This document shows, one piece after another, positions 48,063 through 59,785 of a stretch of 64,000 nucleotides of DNA. Positions within the stretch are counted from its first letter, which is position 1; every line of letters begins with the position of its first letter. Under the pieces are notes generated by a model that saw nothing but the letters and a program-made list of their open reading frames with translations, searched no databases and had not been told where the DNA came from. The DNA lies in the NCBI GenBank assembly GCA_963757975.1, contig CAVWUD010000037.1, positions 1,095-65,094 of the forward strand, in the 5' to 3' direction. The DNA comes from an uncultured Bacteroidota bacterium. GTDB taxonomy: Bacteria; Bacteroidota; Bacteroidia; Chitinophagales; Chitinophagaceae. The position numbers and the translations under genes are program-made.

Positions 48063-51000
48063 ATGAGAAAGCGACTTTTGTTTACTGTAATTTTCATTTG
48101 CAGTACTTATGCACTATTGGCACAGGAAACTACTTCCCAGATTTTAGGAACTGTTACAGATGGGAAAACTGGTTTAGCCGGCGCGACGGTGGTGGCTCTG
48201 CACACACCAACAGGCACAAAGTATTCAACAACTACACGTAAAGACGGAAGATTTAATCTGCCCGGTCTTCGAATCGGCGGTCCTTATATTATTTCAGTTA
48301 GTTATGTTGGATTCAAACCTGACAAGCAGGAAAATGTAAACCTTGTTCTCGGACAGGATTTTACTTCTGATTTTAATTTAATTCCGGAATCAAATCAGTT
48401 GACTGAGGTTGTGGTAACTGCTACCAAGCAAAACAAAATTTTCAATAACAGTCATACCGGTAGCCAGGAAATTATAACCAATGCAGAAATTCAACAGCTT
48501 CCAACTGTGAATCGTTCAATTTCTGATTTTACAAAACTTGAACCTACTGCCAACGTTACATCATTCGGTACAAGCTTTGGAGGACGGAGCGCCCAATACA
48601 ATAACATTACCGTTGACGGAGCAAATTTTAATAACGGGTTCGGACTCTCCAGTACTTTAGGCGGCCAAACAGGCGCGCAACCAATCAGTCTGGAAGCCAT
48701 AGATCAGGTTCAGGTAAACGTTTCTCCTTATGATGTGCGTCAGGGTGGATTTACGGGAGCAGGTCTGAATGCAATTACCAAAAGTGGCACCAACCAATTC
48801 AAAGGTTCTATATACACATTTCTAAAAGGACCAAATACACAGGGATACCATGTGGAAGATGTCGCAGTTCCAAAATCTCCTTTTAGCTTTTATACGAGGG
48901 GCTTTTCAATTGGTGGCCCAATTTTAAAAGACAAAATATTTTTCTTTATAAATTATGAAGCAGTAAAACAGACAGCTCCCGCATATACAGTTGTTGCCAG
49001 TGGAGGACCTCAAAATCTCGCACCAAGTGCTGGTGTTGTTTCCCAGGCAAATTATGATACACTGACTGCGCTGGCAAATTACCTTAAAACGAAGTTTAAT
49101 TATGATCCTGGCGCATTTCAGGGATATTCTTTTTCGTCGGCCAGCCAGAAAATTACTGCCAGGATTGACTGGAATATAGATAGCAAGAATACACTGACTT
49201 TAAAATACAATTATCTGAGATCTAACTCTGAACAGCCGCAAAGTACAAGCAGGGCAGGTGCCGGATTTGTAAGAGGACCTGCTTCCCAGAACTACACTTT
49301 TGGTCTGCCGTACAGCGGCAGCAAGTATGTAATCAACAACAATTTTGATATTTATCTTGTCGAATTAAATACAAGGTTCAGTCCAACTGTTTCAAATAAA
49401 TTTCAGGCAGGGTATACAAAAGAGAGGGATCCGCGTGCACCTGGTGTGCCAGGTACAACCATGCCAATGGTTGATATCTTGAGTGGCAGTAATATATATG
49501 CATCGTTCGGATATGAAACATACACTTACAATAACCTGATCAATACGGATGTCTATCAGTTATCTGATATCGTTTCGATTTATAAAGGTGCGCATGAAAT
49601 AACACTTGGGACACAAAACTATTCCAGGAAATATACAGATGCATTCGTTCCCAGTTTTGCAGGAAGTTACCAGTTCCCTTCCCTCACTGCATTTTACAAT
49701 GCAGCAAATGGTATAAGTAATGTGGACAATTATTATCAGCAATGGTCCAACATTCCAGGTGGAGCTTTCCCTTTCTATTCTGCAGGCTCAACAGAAATAG
49801 GATTCTTCGTACAGGATAAATGGCGCATGACTAATAATTTTACGCTGACTTATGGCTTGCGCTACGACATGACGATTTATAAATCCTTATTCCTCGATAA
49901 CCCATATTTCGATCAGTTGACATTTAAGGATGGAGCGTCCTATAATATTGGAAAGGCTCCCGGGAATGCAATTTTAATTTCTCCCAGGGTTGGTTTTAAC
50001 TGGGATGCTTTGGGAAACAGGTCACTCCAGGTGAGAGGTGGTTTTGGAATTTTCTCTGGCCCGCCTCCCTTTGTGTGGCTGGCAAACCAGGGTGGAAACA
50101 ATGGTGTTCTCATAGCAGGAGGAAATTATACCAATGTTCCTTTTACTGATAACGCAATTGCGAACCCGCCTCCACCAGTAAATACTACACCGCCTGCTAA
50201 GACCCAGAGTGCTTCCAGTTATGGCGCTGCAGTTACGGATCACAATTTCAAATATCCCACCGTAATAAAATCGAGTCTGGCAGTAGATAAAAAATTCGGC
50301 AATGACTGGATCGCTACAATTGAAGCATCATATTCCAAAGACATTAATGCAGTTTATTTTTCCAATCTAAATCTTAATGAGAGCAATGGATATGCTTTGT
50401 CGGGAGCAGATACGAGAATGAGATATCTGACGGGCAGTTCCACAAGTAATAAATACTGGTATGGCCAGGCAGTGGGCGGAGCAACTGCAGATACGCCTAA
50501 TTTAAGTAGTGCTATTTTGATGAAAAATGCTTCTGCGGGATATGCATACACATTAACTGCACGAATCCAGAAAACATACCGCAACTTTTTTGTAAGTGTT
50601 GCTTATACCTACAGTCAGGCTAAAAATATAGCCACAGGGGGTAGTACAGCTTCATCCTTGTGGAGCGGAAGGCCGGTTGGAAATGCCGATCCCAATGGAG
50701 CGAATCTGTCTTACGCGGATTATTATCAGCCGCATCGGGTCATTGCTTATGCGTCTTACAGAGTTGCCTATTCGGAGCATTTCGCTACATCCGTCGGGGC
50801 CATATTTCAGGCAGCTCCGGCAGGAGTCGGTTCATATACTTACGGGAATGACCTGAACGGAGATGGCAATTCCGGAAATGACCTGATCTATATCCCAAGA
50901 AACTCCGGTGAAATAAACCTGATTGATGTTGGTTCCTACAGTAGTGCAACCATGTCCGGCACTACTACCGGAACAGCAAAAGATCCAAGGACATCCGCCC

Positions 51001-51425
51001 AAATTTGGACTCAATTGAATAGTTTCATAAACCAGGATCATTATCTCTCTTCTCACCGGGGACAATATGCGCAGGCAAATGCAGTAGTATTTCCATTTTA
51101 CAAGGACCTGGATCTGAACATCACCCAGGATATTTATTTTAACGCTAAAATTCTTAACGGAACCGACAAACATACGTTGCGCTTAACATTGGACTTAATC
51201 AATGTTGGGAATTTCCTCAACAAGAACTGGGGGTTGGTTAAACTTCAAAACACTTCCACGCCTTTAACTTTTGAAGGCATGGCGGCAGATGGCAAGACAC
51301 CCTTATTCTCTTTCCCTTATGCCGATGCAACCAACTTTGTTCCTCTTGTAAACAGCTATTCAAATAACACATCTATAGTTTCACGCTGGCAGTTACAGTT
51401 TGGAATAAAGTACATGTTTAACTAA
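48063..51425 (+). CDS. TonB-dependent receptor (Oar-like, with carboxypeptidase-regulatory N-domain)
   Basis: Signal peptide; HTPTGTKY...GLRIGGPY, NNITVDGA, PISLEAI...SPYDVRQGGFTGA...TKSGTN plug; C-terminal RWQLQFGIKYMFN. Confidence 0.92.
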   Translation: MRKRLLFTVIFICSTYALLAQETTSQILGTVTDGKTGLAGATVVALHTPTGTKYSTTTRKDGRFNLPGLRIGGPYIISVSYVGFKPDKQENVNLVLGQDFTSDFNLIPESNQLTEVVVTATKQNKIFNNSHTGSQEIITNAEIQQLPTVNRSISDFTKLEPTANVTSFGTSFGGRSAQYNNITVDGANFNNGFGLSSTLGGQTGAQPISLEAIDQVQVNVSPYDVRQGGFTGAGLNAITKSGTNQFKGSIYTFLKGPNTQGYHVEDVAVPKSPFSFYTRGFSIGGPILKDKIFFFINYEAVKQTAPAYTVVASGGPQNLAPSAGVVSQANYDTLTALANYLKTKFNYDPGAFQGYSFSSASQKITARIDWNIDSKNTLTLKYNYLRSNSEQPQSTSRAGAGFVRGPASQNYTFGLPYSGSKYVINNNFDIYLVELNTRFSPTVSNKFQAGYTKERDPRAPGVPGTTMPMVDILSGSNIYASFGYETYTYNNLINTDVYQLSDIVSIYKGAHEITLGTQNYSRKYTDAFVPSFAGSYQFPSLTAFYNAANGISNVDNYYQQWSNIPGGAFPFYSAGSTEIGFFVQDKWRMTNNFTLTYGLRYDMTIYKSLFLDNPYFDQLTFKDGASYNIGKAPGNAILISPRVGFNWDALGNRSLQVRGGFGIFSGPPPFVWLANQGGNNGVLIAGGNYTNVPFTDNAIANPPPPVNTTPPAKTQSASSYGAAVTDHNFKYPTVIKSSLAVDKKFGNDWIATIEASYSKDINAVYFSNLNLNESNGYALSGADTRMRYLTGSSTSNKYWYGQAVGGATADTPNLSSAILMKNASAGYAYTLTARIQKTYRNFFVSVAYTYSQAKNIATGGSTASSLWSGRPVGNADPNGANLSYADYYQPHRVIAYASYRVAYSEHFATSVGAIFQAAPAGVGSYTYGNDLNGDGNSGNDLIYIPRNSGEINLIDVGSYSSATMSGTTTGTAKDPRTSAQIWTQLNSFINQDHYLSSHRGQYAQANAVVFPFYKDLDLNITQDIYFNAKILNGTDKHTLRLTLDLINVGNFLNKNWGLVKLQNTSTPLTFEGMAADGKTPLFSFPYADATNFVPLVNSYSNNTSIVSRWQLQFGIKYMFN

Positions 51426-51447
51426 TCAATAAATTGAAAAGATATTT

Positions 51448-51996
51448 ATGAAAAAAAATTATATCCTCCTCCTGATCATATCGGTTATATTATTTTTCAG
51501 TTGTACCAAAAATACATTTGTACCGGTGTATACTCCGCCCGTCAGTACCAATTTTACTGTTACCTCCATGAATCATACAAAAGATACAGTAAATGCTGGT
51601 GATACAATTTTATTGGACGTCGTCGGAACCATGTATGATACGCTGAATGTGTATGCATATTTCACGATTAAATCTTCGGCTGCGGGATCTCCTGTTTACA
51701 GCTATGGAAGTTCTTCTTCACCCATCAAATTAGTCAGGGTTCTTGGATCTTCAAATGTCTCAGATGTGAACCCTTGGACTTCAACAGTTAAACTGATAGG
51801 ATTTACTTCAATCCCCAATTCTAAACTTACCATATCTGCCAATTTCGTTTACCAACTTAGTTTAAGCAGTGAAGGAGGTGGCTTAGCTTCAGCTACGGAT
51901 GGAGGGGTCGTAAATAAAACGATGTATTCAGTAACGGAACAGCAAAGCGAGGGATACAAAAATAAATATAAAAAAGGGGCGTTAGCTCCGCTTTAA
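51448..51996 (+). CDS. Hypothetical lipoprotein downstream of the TBDR (3' end uncertain)
   Basis: Lipobox ILFFSC; Ser/Thr-rich, beta-type sequence. Confidence 0.65.
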   Translation: MKKNYILLLIISVILFFSCTKNTFVPVYTPPVSTNFTVTSMNHTKDTVNAGDTILLDVVGTMYDTLNVYAYFTIKSSAAGSPVYSYGSSSSPIKLVRVLGSSNVSDVNPWTSTVKLIGFTSIPNSKLTISANFVYQLSLSSEGGGLASATDGGVVNKTMYSVTEQQSEGYKNKYKKGALAPL

Positions 51997-52799
51997 AACC
52001 CCATTGCAGGAAAACAGGAAATGCAAGAGCCCAGGTATCAGTATCATGTTTACCACCGTAAATTTCATGATAAAATATATCTGAATGCGGATCGTATCCT
52101 TTATTTATTAAGTGTGGCAATCAGGTCTTTCGTATCATCAATAGAATCGATGATCCCATTCCCATTGCGGTCTTCCGTTTCATCTGCAGTACCGCATTCA
52201 AAGAAGAATTTCATATCAGGAATGTATTGCCCGTCCTGTATCTGATTGTGCATGATCCTGTGTTGTTCATCCTGGTATTCCAGGATCATCTTTATCCAAA
52301 GTGCGCCACCACAGTGACCCGGAAAATACACCCAGCTGTTTTAAAAAGCTGCCCATTTTCCAGGATATATCAAGTGCACTCAGGCCACCCAGTGAAAATC
52401 CTGCAAATGCCCAACGACTATTCAGCTTTCCGGGAAAAAGTATTATGCATGGACGGCACAAGTTCTTCGGTAATAAAATGCATATAACGTCTGGCAAGAT
52501 TTCCTCTTCCCTTATAATCGGGAGTTATGGCCGTTCCATATTCGAATTTTCTAAGGGGGCCGGCATGAATACCGATACAAAGGAAGGGCCGGATAGAATT
52601 TAACCGGTATAATTTGCTTGAGAATGGACTCAAACCTCATGGTCTCAAGATCCTGACCATCATTTACCAGTAATACGTCCAATCGGTCCTTCCCGCTATC
52701 GGGAGGAAAATAAAAATCAATGCGAAGGTTTCTTCCCAGAATTTCTGATGGAAATGAAAGGGTTTCAAGTGATCTTATTTCAGGGTCTACGGATGACAT
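51893..52799 (-). CDS. Alpha/beta hydrolase, enterochelin-esterase-like (multiple frameshifts; 3' end uncertain)
   Basis: Fragments LLVNDGQD, EYGTA...DYKGRG, AGFSLGGLSA (GxSxG), GVFSGSLWW, FFECGTADE, GGKHD...W. Confidence 0.82.
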
Positions 52800-52887
52800 A
52801 TTTTCAAAAATATGCAAGAATACGGAGTTCATTTGTTTTTATAGCATTTTAAAAATAAATTTGGATTACCCACCAACGCATTTTAGC

Positions 52888-53601
52888 ATGAATATTAAGG
52901 AAGAATATTATAAATGGCATTCACCTTCCCTGGATCGTGATATCGAAATGCTTGTATTCGGACATGCCGGCCAGCCTGTTATATTGTTTCCAACATCCAA
53001 GGGGGCATATTACCAGAATAAGGATCAGGGAATGATAGATGCAGCGAATTGGTTTGTTGAAAATGGCAAGGTAAAAATTTATTGTCCCGACAGTATTGAT
53101 GCAGACAGCTGGTATAATAAATCCATTCCACCAAACGCAAGAGCTTATAACCAGGAAAAATATGATCGTATGATTTCCACGGAGCTTGTTCCGTGGGCTC
53201 AGCACGAAACAGGTTTTGAAAGAATGGCATTTGCCGGATGCAGTTTTGGTGGATATCATGCTGTAAATAGCGCTTTCAGGCATCCAAACCTTGCCAGCTA
53301 TTGTTTTTCGATGAGCGGTGCTTTCGACATAAAACAATTTACAGATGGCTATTATGACGATACCATTTATTTCAATAATCCAGTTGACTATATCCCGAAC
53401 GATAACAATCCGAATCTATGGAAAATGGGAATTGTTCTTGGAACAAGCGAATATGATATATGCAAACCGGATAATGAACGCATGGATGTTATTCTGCAAC
53501 AAAAAAATATCCGCCATTGGCTGGACCTGAGACCAAATGCTACGCATGACTGGCCGATATGGCGTGAAATGTTTCCGCATTATCTGTCCTTAATCAATTA
53601 A
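52888..53601 (+). CDS. Esterase family alpha/beta hydrolase
   Basis: FGHAGQPVILFPTS, GCSFG (GxSxG), MSGAFD, HDWPIW. Start set at MNIKEE. Confidence 0.85.
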   Translation: MNIKEEYYKWHSPSLDRDIEMLVFGHAGQPVILFPTSKGAYYQNKDQGMIDAANWFVENGKVKIYCPDSIDADSWYNKSIPPNARAYNQEKYDRMISTELVPWAQHETGFERMAFAGCSFGGYHAVNSAFRHPNLASYCFSMSGAFDIKQFTDGYYDDTIYFNNPVDYIPNDNNPNLWKMGIVLGTSEYDICKPDNERMDVILQQKNIRHWLDLRPNATHDWPIWREMFPHYLSLIN

Positions 53602-53623
53602 CTTCCTGAAATAAATAAACTGC

Positions 53624-54580
53624 ATGAAAAAAATCGGCGTGCTTTACGGCAAAGAAAGAAGTTTCCCCATGGCATTCATAGAAGCCGTAAATGGAAAGAA
53701 TATGCGGGGAATTCATGCTGAATCAGTACTAATTGATAAAGTCATTCAGGGTCACCCAAGCGGTTATAGCTGTAATCATAGACCGCATTTCCCAGGATGT
53801 GCCTTTTTACCGGGCTTTTTTAAAAAATGCCGCTATTTGTGGTACTGCAGTTATCAATAACCCATTCTGGTGGAGTGCTGATGAAAAATTTTTCAACAAC
53901 GCACTCGCTACAAAAATCGGTGTGCCTGTTCCAAAGACAGTTATTCTTCCTTCCCGTGATCTGCCTGAAGACACGACAGATTTATCGTTTTCCAACCTTG
54001 CATATCCCCTCGACTGGGAATCGATTTTTAAGTATGTTGGTTTCCCTGCTTATATGAAACCCTTTGCCGGGGGAGGTTGGAAGAATGTATACCGAATTCA
54101 GAATGCAGAAGATTTTTATCAGAAGCACAGTGAGACAGGCAGGCTGGTAATGTTGCTTCAGGAAGAGATTGTTTTTAAGAATATTACCGGTGCTATTGTA
54201 TCGGTGGAAAATATGTACGGATCATGTCATATGAACCCCGCAACCCGCACCACCTGCGTTATGTGGCTGATTTCAAACCTTCCGAAGAAAGACTCCGGCA
54301 GATGGAACAGATCGTTTTACGCATCAATAAATACCTGGGATATGATTTCAATACCGTTGAACTTGCTGTAAAAGATGGTATACCCTATGCCATTGATTTC
54401 TGCAATCCCGCACCCGATGCTGAAAAAATCAGCGTGGGTGAAGAAAATTTCAAATGGGTTGTGGAAACAGCTGCGAATTATGCTATTGAAAGAGCGATGG
54501 ATGCTAAAGATGGATTGGATAATCTGACCTGGGGAGAATATATTAAGCGAAGCACTGTTCAAAAACCATTAATGGGATAA
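53624..54580 (+). CDS. ATP-grasp (RimK-like) amidoligase (two frameshifts)
   Basis: IIDRISQDVPFYR, VINNPFWWSADEKF, VPVPKT, FPAYMKPFAGGGWK, LLQEEI, LGYDFNTVE, AIDFCNPAPD. Confidence 0.85.
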
Positions 54581-54584
54581 ACAA

Positions 54585-54661
54585 GTGTGAGAGTGTGAGA
54601 GTGTGAGAATGTGAAACTTAAAACTACACTCTCACACTCTCACACTCTCACACTTTCACAC
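54585..54661. repeat. Inverted octamer element (GTGTGAGA)x4, ~13-nt spacer, (TCTCACAC)x4
   Basis: gtgtgaga x3 atgtgaaa at 54585-54616; tctcacac x3 tttcacac at 54630-54661. Confidence 0.93.
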
Positions 54662-54671
54662 TAAAAAAGTT

Positions 54672-56963
<2,292 letters not shown>

Positions 56964-57105
56964 CTGAATTTTTCAGGCAAGTTAATTCAAAAGCTTAAAG
57001 GCAAAACCTCCGGCTAAAAGACCGTTCAAAATAAAAATTTATTATGCTTAATATTTATAATCTAAATTTATTCTTTCACTTTGTTTTTCACTTCATAATG
57101 ATTCT

Positions 57106-58845
57106 ATGGGAGACCTTCAGGTACATAAGCAGCCAAAAAAATATGATGCAATCATTGTAGGATCGGGCGCAGGTGGCGGCATGGCTGCCTATGTTTTGGC
57201 CCACGCCGGATTAAAGGTTTGTCTGATCGAAGCCGGTCCTATGTTTGATCCAAAAAAAGATTCCAACCAATTAAAAAACCCTTGGGAATCCCCACGACGT
57301 GGTGCCAGTACAAAATTCAGGCCTTTTGGAGATTTTGACGGATGTTACTGGGGATGGGAAATAGATGGAGAACCATATACTCATGTAGGTGATACAAAAT
57401 GGGAATGGTGGCGCGCACGCATGCTGGGTGGAAGAACCAATCACTGGGGAAGAATTTCTCTCCGGTTTGGTCCGCTGGATTTTAAAAGAAAAAGCATCGA
57501 CGGTCTGGGAGATGACTGGCCGATCGGTTATGAAGATGTTAAGCCCTATTATGACAAGATTGATCAGATGCTTGGAGTTTTTGGAACAAATGAAGGGTTA
57601 TTCAATGATCCGGATGGTATTTTCCTCCCTCCACCTAAACCAAGGCTTCATGAATTATTCATAAAAAATGCCGGCAAACGTGCGGGTGTCCCCGTGATTC
57701 CATCACGTCTGTCCATCCTGACCAAACAGATCAATAAAGAAAGAGGGGCTTGTTTTTTCTGTGCACAATGTGGCCGCAGCTGTAAAGTATATGGTGATTT
57801 TTCAGCTTCCTCCTGCCTCGTAATTCCCGCTCTGGCAACAGGAAATATAGACCTCGTCACAAATGCGATGGCGAGAGAAGTATTAACGGATAAAGAAGGA
57901 CTGGCTACCGGAGTTTCCTATATCAATAAAGAGAATATGCAGGAATATCAGGTCAGTGGCCGCGCTATAATCCTGGCTGCCAGTACCTGCGAAAGCGCCA
58001 GGCTTCTGCTGAATTCCAAGTCTTCCCGGCATCCGAATGGTCTTGCGAATAACAGTGATGCGGTCGGAAGATATCTTCATGATTCTACCGGTGCGGATAT
58101 GGGTGGTATTATCCCTGATCTCTTCAACAGAAAAAGATATAATGAAGACGGTGTAGGAGGCATGCACGTTTACAGTCCCTGGTGGCTTGACAATAAAAAA
58201 CTGGACTTTCCCCGCGGATATCATATTGAATATGGAGGAGGTTTTGGGATGCCTTTGTATGGCTTTAATTGGGGAATTGAAAACCTCAATGGAACTTTTA
58301 AAATAAACGGCAAACAGAAAGAAGCCGGAGGTTATGGCGCATCACTCAAGGAAGACTACCGCTATTTTTTTGGCGCCCACGTTGGGATGGCTGGCCGTGG
58401 CGAAGCAATCGCAAGAAAAGACAGTTATTGTGAAATCGATCCGGAAGTGGTGGATAAATATGGCATACCTGTTTTAAGATTCAATACTTCATATACTGAT
58501 TATGAAATCAATCAGGCAAAACACATGAAGCAAACTTTTGCTGAAATCCTGGACAGTATGGGTGCAAAAATAACCTGGGGTGGCGATGATGGAAAGCACA
58601 ATAATTATGGATTACACGCACCCGGAAATATTATTCATGAAGCCGGAACAGTTCGAATGGGGAATGATGCAAAACACGCACCCTTAAATAAATACAGCCA
58701 GGCACATGACTGTAAAAACCTGTTTTGTGTGGATGGAGGCCCCTTTGTTTCACAAGCCGATAAAAATATTACATGGACCATACTTGCACTTTCCATGAGG
58801 ACAAGTGAATACATCGTTGAACAGATGAAAAAGCAAAACATATAA
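57106..58845 (+). CDS. GMC family flavoprotein oxidoreductase (glycoside 3-dehydrogenase-like large subunit)
   Basis: IVGSGAGGG FAD motif, LGGRTNHWG, Cys cluster CFFCAQCGRSC, HEAGTVRMG, NITWTILAL. Confidence 0.88.
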   Translation: MGDLQVHKQPKKYDAIIVGSGAGGGMAAYVLAHAGLKVCLIEAGPMFDPKKDSNQLKNPWESPRRGASTKFRPFGDFDGCYWGWEIDGEPYTHVGDTKWEWWRARMLGGRTNHWGRISLRFGPLDFKRKSIDGLGDDWPIGYEDVKPYYDKIDQMLGVFGTNEGLFNDPDGIFLPPPKPRLHELFIKNAGKRAGVPVIPSRLSILTKQINKERGACFFCAQCGRSCKVYGDFSASSCLVIPALATGNIDLVTNAMAREVLTDKEGLATGVSYINKENMQEYQVSGRAIILAASTCESARLLLNSKSSRHPNGLANNSDAVGRYLHDSTGADMGGIIPDLFNRKRYNEDGVGGMHVYSPWWLDNKKLDFPRGYHIEYGGGFGMPLYGFNWGIENLNGTFKINGKQKEAGGYGASLKEDYRYFFGAHVGMAGRGEAIARKDSYCEIDPEVVDKYGIPVLRFNTSYTDYEINQAKHMKQTFAEILDSMGAKITWGGDDGKHNNYGLHAPGNIIHEAGTVRMGNDAKHAPLNKYSQAHDCKNLFCVDGGPFVSQADKNITWTILALSMRTSEYIVEQMKKQNI

Positions 58846-58855
58846 AATTACGGTC

Positions 58856-59527
58856 ATGGACAGACGAAAATCAATTAAGACCCTGGTTATTGGCGGAATT
58901 TCAATCGGCGCGATAGCTGAAGCCTGTAAACAGCATGAAAATAGTCCGGTGCTGCCGGCTGAAAAAGATAAGGAGTCGATTGTAGCCGGATTAAACCGGA
59001 TGAAAGAAGAGTTAGCTTACGAAAAATCGATCGATGACGAACCGGCTTTTTTTACTTCTGAAGAAATGATTTCCATCAAAATACTGGGGGATATTATCAT
59101 TCCAAGAGATGCAATAAGCGGAAGTGCTTCGGATGCAAAAGTTCCTGAATTTATAGAATTTATTGTGAAAGACATGCCGGAACATCAAACACCCATACGT
59201 GGCGGATTACGCTGGTTGGATTTGCAATGCCTGAAACATTACGAAAAAGCATTTAAGGATTGTGATTCGAAACAACAAATGGAAATGGTCGATGAAATTG
59301 CGTGGCCCAAAAAAGCTAAACCTGAAATGATGCAGGGAGTGGCATTTTTCAATCTGATGAGAAATCTTACAGCAACAGGATTTTATACTACAGAAATGGG
59401 TGTTAAAGATGTAGGTTATATCGGTAATGTGCCAAATCAATGGAATGGTGTGCCTGAGGATGTATTGAAACAATACAACCTTGCTTATTCAGAAAAAGAG
59501 CTGAAAGAATGCGTCAGATTTACCTGA
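58856..59527 (+). CDS. Gluconate 2-dehydrogenase subunit 3 family protein (Tat-like signal)
   Basis: MDRRKSIK twin-arginine leader, IIPRD...SASDAKVPEFI, GFYTTEMG...GYIGN. Confidence 0.85.
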   Translation: MDRRKSIKTLVIGGISIGAIAEACKQHENSPVLPAEKDKESIVAGLNRMKEELAYEKSIDDEPAFFTSEEMISIKILGDIIIPRDAISGSASDAKVPEFIEFIVKDMPEHQTPIRGGLRWLDLQCLKHYEKAFKDCDSKQQMEMVDEIAWPKKAKPEMMQGVAFFNLMRNLTATGFYTTEMGVKDVGYIGNVPNQWNGVPEDVLKQYNLAYSEKELKECVRFT

Positions 59528-59530
59528 TGA

Positions 59531-59785
59531 TTAATTTTCAATTGGATTCACATAATATCCTTCTTCACTTAACACAAAACTATTTGGAACGAAAGAAAGA
59601 AGTGACTGGGTAATCATGGAAGCGGCTTCCCTTAAATATGTTGCTCCGATTTCCGGAGTGCGTACAGCAAACTGCCAGCTTTGAATTTTCAGAAATGCAA
59701 CTTTACTTTCCTGGATAATCTGGTTATCCAGTTGCCGGAAAATTTCTGCAAGACGATCCTGTTGGTTATCAATATTAGGGGACAT
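59531..59785 (-). CDS. Hypothetical protein
   Basis: MSPNIDNQQDRLAEIFRQLD... ORF overlapping the 3' end of the S8 peptidase; no recognised domain. Confidence 0.5.
   Translation of the reverse strand: MSPNIDNQQDRLAEIFRQLDNQIIQESKVAFLKIQSWQFAVRTPEIGATYLREAASMITQSLLSFVPNSFVLSEEGYYVNPIEN

Noticed and set aside
51970-51994. Terminator between the lipoprotein and esterase genes
   Set aside because: The stem is only 5 bp, with a mismatch on the strand carrying the U-tract, and the local gene ends are uncertain because of frameshifts.
3264-54661. Tandem repeats as CRISPR arrays
   Set aside because: Units are 7-11 nt and contiguous, with no unique spacers between 23-47 nt repeats, and no cas genes are present.
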